This document shows, piece by piece, positions 13,001 to 24,430 of a stretch of 64,000 nt of DNA; within the stretch, counting starts at the first letter, position 1; each line of letters begins with the position of its first letter. The stretch comes from Eukaryota sp. TZLM1-RC (lineage: Eukaryota; Protista; Metamonada: BaSk clade): positions 1,054,001 to 1,118,000 of the forward strand of contig JAUPSS010000005.1 in NCBI GenBank assembly GCA_040285825.1, in the 5' to 3' direction. A program made the translations under genes and the position numbers. Below the pieces are notes generated by a model. It did not search any database, was not told the origin of the DNA, and was given only the letters and a program-made list of their open reading frames with translations.

Positions 13001-13086
13001 CACAGAATTCTTAGGGCGTCCTCTAGAAGGTTTTGAAGTAACTGACTTCGGAGGCATAGATAAGCATGGAGGGAGAAAAAAAAAAC
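10030..13086 (-). mobile_element. Full-length CRE-like (RLE-encoding) non-LTR retrotransposon with 12-bp TSD
   Basis: TTAAACTTTTTA flanks both ends (10018-10029, 13087-13098); A-rich 3' tail; single RT-RLE coding region inside. Confidence 0.85.
10073..13057 (-). CDS. Single-ORF zinc knuckle + reverse transcriptase + restriction-like endonuclease (~994 aa after correcting 4 homopolymer frameshifts)
   Basis: CSLCKTVGHTKTTC; RT motifs GRSAGPSG, RLVALNKPGGGVRPIAVGE, DFKNAFNS, RGVKQGDPLGP, YADD; RLE motifs CIC...H..SC, HNAVRD, RRGDL, VDFTTV, K..KY, FVPFAFSIFG. Confidence 0.88.
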
Positions 13087-13118
13087 TTAAACTTTTTATA
13101 TAATATAATATAGAGAAT

Positions 13119-13710
13119 TCGTGATGTGACATATGAGATGTTCAAGTGTTACAATTTTAGTTGCAAAGTAGAACCGTTATTGAAGCATTATGGCGATAAT
13201 AACCTGTTTAATTCACGTCGAGGTGATTTAATTGCTCCTTTTGTGGATTCCTCTCAAGTTGTTGTTGATTTTACTACAGTTGATCCCTTTGCTTTTATTT
13301 ATCGTAATGATGTTGTACTTAGTACTAATGGTCATTTAAACAAGGCTGAAGATCGTAAAAGAGATAAATATACTGAGAGATTAAATGATTTAAATATGAA
13401 CCTCTGCTCGAAGTTTTCGTTTGTTCCTTTTGCCTTCTCGAGTTTTGGCAACATTGGTCAGTCTGCCTTGAATTTCATCAATGATTTTGATATTTTATGT
13501 CGTTCAAGTGGTAAGAATTTTGCTGGGAAATTATGGAAGAATCGTATCACTTTTTCTGGTATAGAAGTGTTCCCAAGTGCTTCAATTTAATGCTGTCCAA
13601 GCTATATAAGGATTCATCAAGAGTTGGCGTGGAGAATTTTGTTTCTTATGTGTTTTAATTTGTTTTGTCCTGTTTTGTTTCTTCGTAGAAAATTTAAAAT
13701 AAATATAAAA
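13119..13710 (+). mobile_element. 5'-truncated copy (RLE domain + 3' tail) of the adjacent CRE-like element, head-to-head
   Basis: Highly similar inverted copy of 10030-10612; frameshift near the end. Confidence 0.85.
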
Positions 13711-13739
13711 GAATAACAAAAGTCAATAAAAGTTTATGT

Positions 13740-16700
13740 TTATTTATTAACCTTTAAAAACAATTGACCAAAGCGATCGTTTCCTATGGTCAGCTCAGAA
13801 CAGAACAAGTCAGGATCACTGACAATTTCAATTTTCTTCAAATTTTCATCTTGTCTAACATAATCAATTCTCGACTCGGCACAAAACACAACACAGCTCA
13901 TCCAGTTTGATTCAAAATTTGATTGAACAATGGATTGAAATACATCTCTAAAGGGTTTTAATTTCGCTATATTAAGCTCTCCTTCTAAAATATCCTCCAC
14001 TTCCTCAATTGATTCTCTCTTTAAAAACGAAGACATTAAAGCCGACCCAAAGCCATAACCTACAGAAACCAAAGCTTTAGGGGCTGCTGACATTGATGCC
14101 CTCATCACATGACGTTTGATGACGTGGATGACGTGATCAACGGAAACTGATTCGACTTTGATTGATTCACACGGAACGTCTGTTAATGAAGTCCCCAGAC
14201 GAGTAGAGAGCAACATTGGTGAAATACTCAGTGAAGAGATCAAAACTGAAAATTTAGAGGTGTCAAGTTCAGACCGAGAAATTTGATTTTTTGGAATTAA
14301 TCTGCGTAATCGTAATAAAGAAGTTAAGTGGCTTTTATGAAGAGATAAAATGACTTGGGGAGCGTCAACATCAACAGAACAAAAAAGTGACGTCATGCTG
14401 ACAAGAGGGTCAAAATTCAACGTGGTCAGAGACTTGGCCAGACTTTTTGATAGAGTAGATGTCAGTTTGAGTGACATGCTGAATTTTTGGGAAATATCTA
14501 AAAGCGGATCAGTGGTACGAGCATTGATTGAGGCGATATCAATATCAACATTATTATTGATTGAATCATAAGCCACACCGATTACGCCAATTTTAGCATT
14601 CAAAGGAGGTAAGTTTTGATAAGGTACAATTGAAAAATTGACAAATCCAATGGAAATGTTAGCTTGTACGGGTTCGATTCCCAGTGAGGGGATTTTTGTT
14701 GCAGTGTCTATTGTGAAAATTTGGCCATGGCTGGCACCTTGACAATTGCAAACTTTCAAACTCATTGCTAAATATTCATTAATTCCATGTATTTGACCTT
14801 TCAAAACCGAATAACAACCAAATTTTCGACCATTAAAATAGAGATCATACATATCAAAATCCGCAACACAAGTATCATACAACGAGAGCTGAGTATCAAA
14901 ATTTTCACATGTCAAACGAGAAAAGCTCACCAAAGCAGTAGAAAGTCGATTGAATTTTTTACCAAAATATTGGTTAGGAACTGAAACATACATGCAATTA
15001 CAAGGTAAACTCAATTCTGGTATCCAAATGGGCATTTTACTTGAAGTCGGTAAAAAGGAAACCATAACGTCATTTGTTGACGCGCAGATAAGCGGTTTGA
15101 TTGAAATTTTAATTGATGGGTTTTTGAATCGAAATGTTTGAAAATCAACAGGTTTCTGATGCAAAATTTCGATCATTGCAGGAATGGATACTGTCCAATT
15201 ATCAAAAACTTTAACTGTAAATAAATTAATCAAAATAGGATCTTTTGACACTGTTCTACCAGAATTCAAGCTCAAAATGGTTTGAATCACGTCAACATGA
15301 TCAAAATTTGAAGTTGTTAGGGTCGAAAAGGGATCAATTTCGACGTCTGATAAGAATTTGATGGGTAATGGTATTAAATTTTCAATAATGATCGGCTTCA
15401 ATAAATGATGGCACATTACGTTATCCAAATATTTCAAAATTTGGGGATGATCCCAAATGCAAAATTTTAAACTTGACAAAAGCTGAATGTTTGCTTTTTG
15501 CGAAGTCACGGTGAGATTTTGATTTTCCGAGAAATTTTCAGATGTTTTATAATACGGATCAAATGAACTTTCTACTTTAAAGACCCCATTTGCAGGAACG
15601 GAAACGCCTTTAATGTCTAAATCACAATCATTATGATTGATCACGATTGCAAAAGGTTCAATAATGACATGTAAAAGGTCAGAATTAGCTGCAGGCAAAG
15701 AAATGACTTGACTAGGTTCAAAAAAGTCAAACAATAGAACATTGGATTGAAACAAAACAAAATTTTCACTCCATTTGGTTAAAAATGTACTAAATTCATT
15801 AGAATCTTCCAGTCGATATTGACTGTCAATCAAAACTGATCTAGCGATCTTCACCGGCAACTTGACATCACCAATTCTACAACTTGATAATAAACGCTTC
15901 AAGTCAGATACATTATAAGCACCATCATTTTTTGATTTCACTAATTGAAAGTTCGAGTCTGGATTCCCGAAATTTTGGCATTCAACATTTTCCAAATCAA
16001 AAATGAGTGCTTCTAGTGAAAGCGAGTGACAAGGGAAAATTTTGAATGATCCCTTTCTACCAATGTCACACGGTACATCAAGAAAAGAGAACAAAAGTGA
16101 TCTTGGAAGTACATCTCTGGGATCTACATTAATGGTGATGTTGGCAATGTTGAGGTCAAAAATAGTGGAAGAACCATGACTTTTTTGACTTTTCCGGACT
16201 GAAATTTTCTGAATTGAACCAAATGATTCATTGTTAATAGTGAACGCAAGCTTTTTTGATTGGACGAAAACATTTGTTTCGTTAAGAAAGGCATCAAAAC
16301 CGAAAATAGAAACTGTACACGGGATTCTGTTAATCAAATTTGATTGATTAAAAGGGTCAAGAGATTTTCCAATCACTCTGATTTCAGACAGATTAAAACG
16401 AACTGAAAATTTGGGCAAAATATTGGGAACTGTTGAGATTTTCGGTGAGCTGTTCTCAAAAAATTGGAAAATTGGAGAAAAACTGCTCTTAAAAGAATCA
16501 AAATTTTCAAGTACCTGGAACAAATAATCAACGTGAATTAATAACTGCTTGCTTGACAAATAGAGATCACTTGAAGCAACATCACCCAAAATTTTGAAAA
16601 CTGTTGGATTAATTATAAATAAATCTTGAATAGGATTCATCACAGAAAAAAAGGTAAATAATTGTAAACAAGATTGATGAAAATGGGCAGAAAGACGGTC

Positions 16701-18056
16701 AAATTTGAGTAATAATGACCCAATACTTGAACTAAGATCAACCCCAAGAGAACCGAAAATATTAAAACTGTCAAAATTTGGGCTGACAACCTGAAATTTT
16801 ATAATAGGGCTCACAACAAGTAAAAGATCACTCAAAGAAATTGAAATTTTTCCAAGTAATTTGAAAGACTTGAATTGGAAATTTGAGTAAACAAGCAAGT
16901 TTTTGGGGAAGTCTAGGTTAAGTTTGAAGATTTCGTAACTTGGATAATCCTTTTCCAAAAATTTTATGGTGTCAAAAAGTGACATACATGGACCAAATAT
17001 TCGGGAAATTTTCACGAGAAAATTTGAATGAGATGTGCTCAACTCAAAACGTACCAAATGGGGCTCAATTTTGAAAATTTGGTGTGAAACTTCAAATTGA
17101 ATGTCCAATTTACCATTAATAGATTTTAAACCAAATTCGTTCAAATTACAAAACATTTCGACAAAGCAACACGTCATGACACCTATAGAAAGATCAAAAA
17201 AATTCAGTTTGATTGACAAATGTTCAAAATTTAGCTGGCAATGCTGGATAAAGTCCAAATTTTGACATCCGTCTACCAAATATTCATTTCCTAATAACAA
17301 ACAGCTATCTGCTATATCAAAATCTGGAGAAATCAAAACAAATTCATTTTCATTTTCAACTGGATTAGACTGAAAAATTTCAAGCATCTTGCTCATTGGA
17401 TCAATCAGATCATTTGATATTAACCCCCACATCACGTCATCAAGGTCGAAACTAATTTTCGAGCTATTGACCAACAACGACTTGGATAGATGGCTTAAAT
17501 GTAACTGAAGCATCTCAATTTGTAAAACCACCTTATTAGAAATAGAATTATAAAAAAGGAAGTTTTTGACAAAAACATCATGTGAAACAATAGAAACTCT
17601 AGACTTTACTGGCATTGTATTCCCTTTAAAAGACAATTCATCTAGTGATAACACGAAATCACCAATAATGACCCTAATTTTAGACAAGTTAACAGATGCT
17701 GATAGTAAAGAACCAAGTACTAGTTCACTGATGCCGTCTGACTGTGATGATGTGGCAGGGGGGTTGATTGGTAAGCTGGGGTCAATAATAACGGAAACTC
17801 CTTCAATGGAAAGGGATGTAGAGAAGATGTCTAGACCTGGTTTGAGAGTGCAAGAGAGACGTTCAATGAAGAAAGACGAGATTGGGAGGGACAAGGCTTG
17901 GAGGGCGTGTGGAGAGAGAAGCACGTCGTAGGCAGAGATGGAAATGGAAGTGAAAGTAGGTCTGATTGTTACGTTTTGAATGTTTTCAATGTACTTGTGG
18001 AGGACCTTACGAATGAGAGACGTAAGGCCTCTTGACAAAGAGTTGAGAAGGAACAT
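13740..18056 (-). CDS. Divergent VPS13/ATG2-like bridge-like lipid transfer protein (chorein-N domain), 1438 aa
   Basis: Intact 4.3-kb ORF. N-terminus LIRKVLHKYIENIQ...DVLLSPHALQALSLPI resembles chorein-N; the body is beta-strand rich; the C-terminal helical segment is Gly/Ala rich. Confidence 0.6.
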   Translation of the reverse strand: MFLLNSLSRGLTSLIRKVLHKYIENIQNVTIRPTFTSISISAYDVLLSPHALQALSLPISSFFIERLSCTLKPGLDIFSTSLSIEGVSVIIDPSLPINPPATSSQSDGISELVLGSLLSASVNLSKIRVIIGDFVLSLDELSFKGNTMPVKSRVSIVSHDVFVKNFLFYNSISNKVVLQIEMLQLHLSHLSKSLLVNSSKISFDLDDVMWGLISNDLIDPMSKMLEIFQSNPVENENEFVLISPDFDIADSCLLLGNEYLVDGCQNLDFIQHCQLNFEHLSIKLNFFDLSIGVMTCCFVEMFCNLNEFGLKSINGKLDIQFEVSHQIFKIEPHLVRFELSTSHSNFLVKISRIFGPCMSLFDTIKFLEKDYPSYEIFKLNLDFPKNLLVYSNFQFKSFKLLGKISISLSDLLLVVSPIIKFQVVSPNFDSFNIFGSLGVDLSSSIGSLLLKFDRLSAHFHQSCLQLFTFFSVMNPIQDLFIINPTVFKILGDVASSDLYLSSKQLLIHVDYLFQVLENFDSFKSSFSPIFQFFENSSPKISTVPNILPKFSVRFNLSEIRVIGKSLDPFNQSNLINRIPCTVSIFGFDAFLNETNVFVQSKKLAFTINNESFGSIQKISVRKSQKSHGSSTIFDLNIANITINVDPRDVLPRSLLFSFLDVPCDIGRKGSFKIFPCHSLSLEALIFDLENVECQNFGNPDSNFQLVKSKNDGAYNVSDLKRLLSSCRIGDVKLPVKIARSVLIDSQYRLEDSNEFSTFLTKWSENFVLFQSNVLLFDFFEPSQVISLPAANSDLLHVIIEPFAIVINHNDCDLDIKGVSVPANGVFKVESSFDPYYKTSENFSENQNLTVTSQKANIQLLSSLKFCIWDHPQILKYLDNVMCHHLLKPIIIENLIPLPIKFLSDVEIDPFSTLTTSNFDHVDVIQTILSLNSGRTVSKDPILINLFTVKVFDNWTVSIPAMIEILHQKPVDFQTFRFKNPSIKISIKPLICASTNDVMVSFLPTSSKMPIWIPELSLPCNCMYVSVPNQYFGKKFNRLSTALVSFSRLTCENFDTQLSLYDTCVADFDMYDLYFNGRKFGCYSVLKGQIHGINEYLAMSLKVCNCQGASHGQIFTIDTATKIPSLGIEPVQANISIGFVNFSIVPYQNLPPLNAKIGVIGVAYDSINNNVDIDIASINARTTDPLLDISQKFSMSLKLTSTLSKSLAKSLTTLNFDPLVSMTSLFCSVDVDAPQVILSLHKSHLTSLLRLRRLIPKNQISRSELDTSKFSVLISSLSISPMLLSTRLGTSLTDVPCESIKVESVSVDHVIHVIKRHVMRASMSAAPKALVSVGYGFGSALMSSFLKRESIEEVEDILEGELNIAKLKPFRDVFQSIVQSNFESNWMSCVVFCAESRIDYVRQDENLKKIEIVSDPDLFCSELTIGNDRFGQLFLKVNK

Positions 18057-18279
18057 GGGGTAGTTAGTGTAACATAATGATGAATGAAGAGGTGAGGTGG
18101 TATGTTTACGAATTTAACAAGGAATAGAATACTCCACAATTATAGCATTTCAATACTTTTGAGGCTGGATTTGAGCCAAAACCAGCTTCTCGAACGTCGA
18201 ATTAGTCAATATATAAATATTCCGACAATTTACAACAAGAAGATAGTGAATCAGAAATTAACGACTCAGTCTTGTTCAA

Positions 18280-18800
18280 AAATTACAATGAAATTCAAAT
18301 TGGTTTAACAAGAATGGCGACTGAAAATTCTTTCGGTACATTCCTTAACAATCACAGAAACATCTTCAAAGTATCCCAATGCAGCGTTACCAAAAGAACT
18401 GAGCAAAGGAAAAACTAAGGGACTTAAATTGTATTGGGCATGAGAATTTTTATTGACAGATCCAATAGGTTTTGCCTATTGACAAATTTTGTAAAACATG
18501 AGGGTTATTGACATCAGAATATATTAAACCTACATAGAAGAATTACAGGGGTCAATAGACAAAGCATTTCAAATATTGTAACTTACATTAAGCCAAAAAC
18601 AACAACATCACCGATTTTGCAAAGCTATCAAAGCTCTTTTCCAACGCTTACTTTCAATATTGGGGTCATCAAGAATTAATTTTGATAGTAAAGGCTCTCA
18701 AAAGGTATCTACTCTTTATGATTTTCGCATAAAATTTAATTAAAAATTTCGAGAACAACAATTTTTTAAGCAAATATGAGTTTCTTATTGTCACATTCAG
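18280..18800 (-). mobile_element. Highly degraded CRE-like RLE fragment
   Basis: Minus strand gives EPLL, SIDPC and LVFPLLSSFGNAALGYF with many stops. Confidence 0.5.
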
Positions 18801-19154
18801 CAATAAGACTGAGATCCTTGTCAAAATTCTCCATTGAATTTGATCCGAATTATCAAGCCAACAACCAAGAAATATGTGTTTAAAACTAAACTTATTTCTG
18901 TTGATTTGTTGGTATTACCTTCAACAACCTTACATGTGCTGTCCAAAAACCAGTAATAGAAATATCATATATTTAAGAAAAACACCCAATTCAAATATTG
19001 TTTTGGGACGATTCAATAAAATTGTGAATAGCCAAACAAAAGAGCATAAGGCCAAGGAAAACAGTTGTTGATTACCATCCCAGAAACAAGGAAAAAAGAT
19101 TCCGAAAATGATTCAGTTTCCTCCCCACAAGAGGATACTCTCCACAAAGCTTAC

Positions 19155-19490
19155 ATGTTCTGTGATTAACGTCCCGTCAGTGAATGACAGGCTGTTACTC
19201 TTTCGTCCATCCACAGCGCAGCACCTACAACATTCTGGTCTGCTGAAGGAATCATTAACCAAGCCTCATCATTGGCTCTCCGATGCCACGTCACGTAACG
19301 TCATATTGCTTTCGCGTCCTGTCTGGAGATCCCCCTGCCGATCCTTCCCTGTTGTTTCCTACTATTAATGCCATGTCACGCCACGTCATAGGTTTCTGAT
19401 TTCCCACATTATTACCTGTCTTTTACACTACTTTTACTCCCATATCTTCTATTTAACTTTCACTTTGGTCAGAACTTATCTTCAATTACA
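19155..19490 (+). repeat. Probable LTR-derived sequence
   Basis: Contains TGCCACGTCA motifs and CTGATTTCCCAC, as in family B LTRs; ends and TSD not resolved. Confidence 0.35.
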
Positions 19491-19499
19491 CTTTAAGTA

Positions 19500-20069
19500 C
19501 CGTCAAGTAACATTGATTTCCTTAATTTTGTCAATTCTTTAACCAACTTCTATTTCCATTAATACTTTCCATCCTCAACATTCTTTTTACCACATCCTCT
19601 TGATTATCCCAGTCCACAATTGACTTGATATCTGCAGTTATCTCTACTCTATCTGTCATTCAATCTGATTCAACCCTGAATTGATAGTCTTTATATTGGG
19701 TATTATCCTCAGATTTTTTTATAACATTTCTTAAACTTTTGGAAATTTTTGTCAATTCAGTACAATAATCAACCAAGTACAGATATCAAGAGCTTCATCG
19801 AGAGGGTGCATATCGCCATGGGAGGAGTGACCGTCCACAAGACAGCAGTTGACGCAGACAGGAATTGAGCACTGTTGACAAAAGTACTCTAGGGCTTTTG
19901 TTTTGTGTTTAATGACTTGATAGTGGTTTAAACTCAACTCACTTGGTCCCAATTCTTCGGTTGTCTTTGGTTTTTCATAACCTTTTTCTGACAGTGATGA
20001 GGACTGGTTGATTGTGTAGGGCGAGAGGTTTTCCAGGTTGAACCTGAACTCTAGCGAAGGGTTTTGCAT
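19500..20069 (-). pseudogene. B-box zinc finger / coiled-coil (TRIM-like) protein fragment
   Basis: KH..KALEYFCQQCSIPVCVNCCLVDGHSSH fits a B-box; the downstream coiled-coil is frameshifted. Confidence 0.6.
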
Positions 20070-21286
20070 TTTGATGTATCAAGGTTTGTGGCAGTCAGTA
20101 ATTGATTCGATTTTTATCACAAAACATGTAAGTTTTAGTTTAATAACTGTTTTTTATAGATTTTTGTATTTTATATTTTTTGCTTCTTCCAGTTTAATTT
20201 AATTTCAGGTTTGTTTTCTAATTTTAGAATTAGATGTGTCAATTTTTCAGTAGTTTTATAATTTATTATTTATTTAAATCTTATCCCTTTATATTAATAT
20301 ATTATGTACATTTTGAATTGTCAATTCTTCAAAACTTGTTTAATTCAAAAATTGTAGATACACGCATCTTTATTATAAATGATATCTTTGTATGACGATA
20401 ATAGTTAAAGGCAAGTGGTTTTGTTTCTATTCCCGTTTATTCTTCAAACAGAAACAATTATTAGAGTGCTAATCTAATCTGGGTTCCAAATAGGTAATCA
20501 TAGATTAGTACAACAACGACTTCAAATCACTTGAACAATTTGTTGTGGTAAGTTGTGATCTCTCAATATAAAGCTTACTTCAAACGCTGCTCTGCACATT
20601 CCATTTATCACCATCTAATTTCTGCCTCGACTTTTTGTTGTTGTTGGTTGTCAATCTCAAACTATTGTTGCTACGGATTCTACTTTTGAATTAGAAACTG
20701 TTCGTGTTTGTGATTCAACTATTATTCTTGGCTACTTAGGATAATTCTTTTTTTGTATTGGATAGCACAATGAAGAGCACTTTGAAAATTAGTTATACAG
20801 TTCGGTTGGTGAATATATAGTTCATAGCTCAAATAGAACAAACTTGTTAGCCTAAGCTCAAAGTTATTTTCACCTTTAGGAAAGTGCCATGGCTCTCCCC
20901 ATTTAAATTCATTGTATTTACAATGAAATTTTGGTAATTTGTTTTCTTAACTATTCTTCCCTTTTCTTAACATGTACAAGGAGATACAAATAAATGACAT
21001 TACATTTATTGTATGCACACTAACCAACAGAATAGACCATCATTTTTAACAATAATGAAACTATATCTGAATATTCCAATTGACCAACTTCTGATAAATG
21101 ATACCGGCAATTGTTCTAACTCAATACAGTTCACATTGCATCATGCTCTCAATTGTTCTAAAATGATCACATAACCTGACCTAACTTTTAATTGATTTTA
21201 ACTATTTCTGTCAGGGACTGCTTAGGGCAAGCAGATTCTGATAGGTAAAATACCTTTCCTGAGAGAAACACTGTAATTAAACAAGT

Positions 21287-22588
21287 TTGGATCTAAATGG
21301 GAGACCTTTTGCACGATTTAACGCAGACACTATTGGACCATTACAACAAGATGATAATGGATTCAAATATTTAGTAGTTTTTGTAGATTCGTTCACTTGG
21401 TATACGATCATTTGCCCTGTAAAGGAATTGAATGCAGTGGAGGCAACCAATCACCTCCTATGGAGTGTAGTATCAATTTTTGGTATCCAACTGTTGATTC
21501 ATAGTGACAATGGTATTGAATTTGCAAATGCCATTTTCAAAGGGTTATGCGATTTATTAAACATTGAAGTAAGTCGTTCACTAACTAGCTTTTCACAAAG
21601 CAATGGTTTAGTAGAAAGATGACACAGAGACATTTTACAAAGTCTAAGAAAGATTTTGGTGGACTCTGGCGATTATAGCAATTGGAGTGAATATATCCCA
21701 ATTGTACAACTTCAAATCAATTCAACTATTAGTAGAGTTACTGGTCATTCGTCCTACAATTTAATGTTTGGTAGCGACCACAGCCCTAGAGCTGATCCTA
21801 GTAATATGTTTGAACTAATAAAATCAGCTAATGTTAATATTCCCTTTGTTAAAGATTTTGAAGCAAAACTTGAAAGGATTTCAAAGAAGAGAGAAGATGC
21901 AGAGCTCAGGCAAGCTCAACAACTGCCTGAAGTTAACAAACATAGGAACCCTTTTGATAAAGGTGACTTAGTTTTGCGATTAAAAACTAATGGTAAACTC
22001 CATGGTTGCTTCGCTGGCCCTTTTCTTGTAGAAGAAGTTAAATCCAATAAAAGTTTATTACTCAAGAATCTCGTCACTGGTTCGATGTCTACGGCAAGTA
22101 TTAATCATTGTAAACTATACCTCTCTGACTTCCCTAAAGAAGATATAGATTGGCATAAGAACATTGCTGCCGGTGATATGGAAGAATCTGTAATTATTAA
22201 GATTATAGTTCACTTCGATTTTATAGACTCGAATGATAATAAAATTCCTTATTGCACCGCAGTTTGGTATGGCGGCGAGACATCTTCTGTCCCAGTTGCT
22301 GATGTCAAAAGCACTGAGGCATACCAATCATATTTGCGAACCCTTGGTCCTCACACTACCAGGAAACGGAAAATGAATTCCAATACTAAATCCAAGACTA
22401 ATTCCCCTGCAGTTAATTCTTATAGCTCACGCACGAGGTCTAAGAGAGGGCAAAGGTAGTGTTGTACTGTGGACAATTAGTCTAGTACATACTTCACTAG
22501 TGATGGCCTTTATAAGGGCCAGTGAAATTTAAATAAATATCTTTATCTTTTATCTCTATATTCTGTAATGTCTAACCATACAGCATCA
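21287..22588 (+). mobile_element. 5'-truncated Gypsy family A element: integrase core + chromo-like tail + PPT + 3' LTR (22460-22588)
   Basis: rve motifs DTIGPL, VDSFT, HSDNGIEF, SNGLVER; one in-frame TGA at ~21620; PPT followed by TGTTG...CATCA. Confidence 0.9.
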
Positions 22589-23020
22589 CTCTGCAATACG
22601 GTCCAAGCCAATTTTTCTTTTACAAATTTTCGTATCATTATGATTGGTTTTGAGCAGTTTAAATCTAACTTTGTCAAATCTTGGGCCATGATTTTTCACA
22701 ATTGTTATATACTTTAAGGCTTAAATTGAGAGCCTTTGCAATTGTTGATCACTTGGGGTTTTTTCTCATTTTTCTTGTTGATAACAAATGATGTATGACG
22801 AAGACTCAGTGATTAGACTGATTGTCTTCCAAAAAATGTAGACTTTTAATTATGTATTTGGTATTCCTTTTTCTATACGTTGTTAATTTCTTAAACAAAA
22901 GACATATCCAATAATCATTCAATGGTTTACTTGCTCACATGTTCATTTCAGAGCCTTGAATAGCTTTGAATAAAAGTTTTTATAAGGTTTGGTCTACATA
23001 AGAATGTGCTCTAACACATG

Positions 23021-23216
23021 TGTGGGGTTCACTAGCATCAATGAATCCTTGTATAAACAGAAAACTACCAGACAGGGGTTTATCACAAGGAACGGGAATA
23101 ATCAGAGAAAAGTAATTCTCTGTCAAGATAAACTGGTGATGACATGGCATCACGTGATATTGTAACTAATAAACAAAATGCTAATAATTTCTATAAGACT
23201 TGGTTCTAAGCCCACA
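23021..23216 (-). repeat. Solo LTR, family B
   Basis: TGTGGG...CCCACA terminal inverted repeat; 4-bp TSD CATG/CATA; homologous to 1660-1844. Confidence 0.75.
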
Positions 23217-23478
23217 CATAAGCCGAATGGTATCATCTGCTTTTTTAGTAAATCTTTTTATACTTGTCTCTAATTGTTACTTTCTAATCAAGACAATTAT
23301 TGGAGCGTTTTTGACAACAAACTGTTGTTACCTCATCAACGTTATCCCAAACAATAAGTTGACATTGTATTTTTTAAACAATTCATTGAGAACATATGGT
23401 TACTACCTTTGATGTTTTGTGTGATTTTGCAAAACGGCACAATCTTAATATGATATGCTAAACCAGTCATCTTGATTT

Positions 23479-23870
23479 TGTGGAACAGGAAATTTAACTC
23501 AAGACTACAATTTCAAGAATCTATATTTGTCACTATTGGAGGAATCTGATTTAAATCTTTCGAGAGGGATTAATTACAACAAAAATGCAACAATATTTCA
23601 GATGTACCTTTTAGATGATGAAATTGCAGAAAAAATCATAAACAGTGACAAACCATTATTGTTTCTGATTAACCCACCTTATTTGAATGGATCAAAAGGG
23701 ATAATGGTTTGAACAGTGGTCATTGTGGTAATCTAACAAGTGAAATGCGAGAATTGGGACACGCATCATCTCAAATCAGAACACAGTTTTTGTTTAAAAT
23801 ATAAAAAATTGAAAAAATAAATCCCAATAATAAGCTGGCATTATTTAACGAACCAATTTGACTCACAAGT
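23479..23870 (+). pseudogene. N6-adenine DNA methyltransferase fragment (prokaryotic/viral type IIG R-M-like)
   Basis: Motif I CGTGNLTQDYNFKNLY and motif IV LFLINPPY (23671-23682), followed after a frameshift by LGHASSQIRTQFLFKI and KLALF. Confidence 0.7.
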
Positions 23871-24105
23871 ATTTAAGTATGATTTAACCCCAGATTACTG
23901 TAAAGAAAATCTGTATTGTACAGCATTGTATTAAATTAGTTGAAGGGCAATATGATCTATTAAAACCACAATCAATCTATTGCAATTATTCATTTGATAA
24001 TTCATGCGAAACCCTTTGGATTATCTGAATTTGAAGTTCTCAAAAATCACCTTTAGATAAATAATGTCAATCTTCCTTGTTCACCTTTTATTCTACATTA
24101 CAACA

Positions 24106-24430
24106 ATGGCTTGTTGCGGTGGTGTCTCTTCTTCCTCTCCTGTTGATCCTGAAGTCAACCAGCTTGTACAATCTCTCAGACCCCAAATTGAATCCAAACT
24201 TGGGTCTTCCTTCCCTCAGTTCGATCCTATAGGTTTGACCTTTCATCGTACTCACTGTAGAAATGCAAACTCAGGTCGTTGCAGGGATGAACTACTTTGT
24301 ACGAATCAATGTCGGATATCCTGATAAGGTCGTTGATGCCCGCATTTTCCACCAAGCGTGGTCCAACACTACTGAAGTGAGTTCTGCCCGTATGGTTCCT
24401 CCCTCTCAGCCATTAGGTTATTTTGAGTAG
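24106..24430 (+). CDS. Cystatin, type 1 (stefin A/B-like), 98 aa; exons 24106-24232 and 24261-24430
   Basis: N-terminal CCGG, QVVAGMNYF reactive loop and C-terminal LGYF; removing the 28-nt GT-AG intron 24233-24260 restores the frame. Confidence 0.93.

Noticed and set aside
19488-19499. Near-palindrome CACTTTAAGTA after an LTR-like sequence
   Set aside because: Imperfect, LTR boundary uncertain, and no gag follows.
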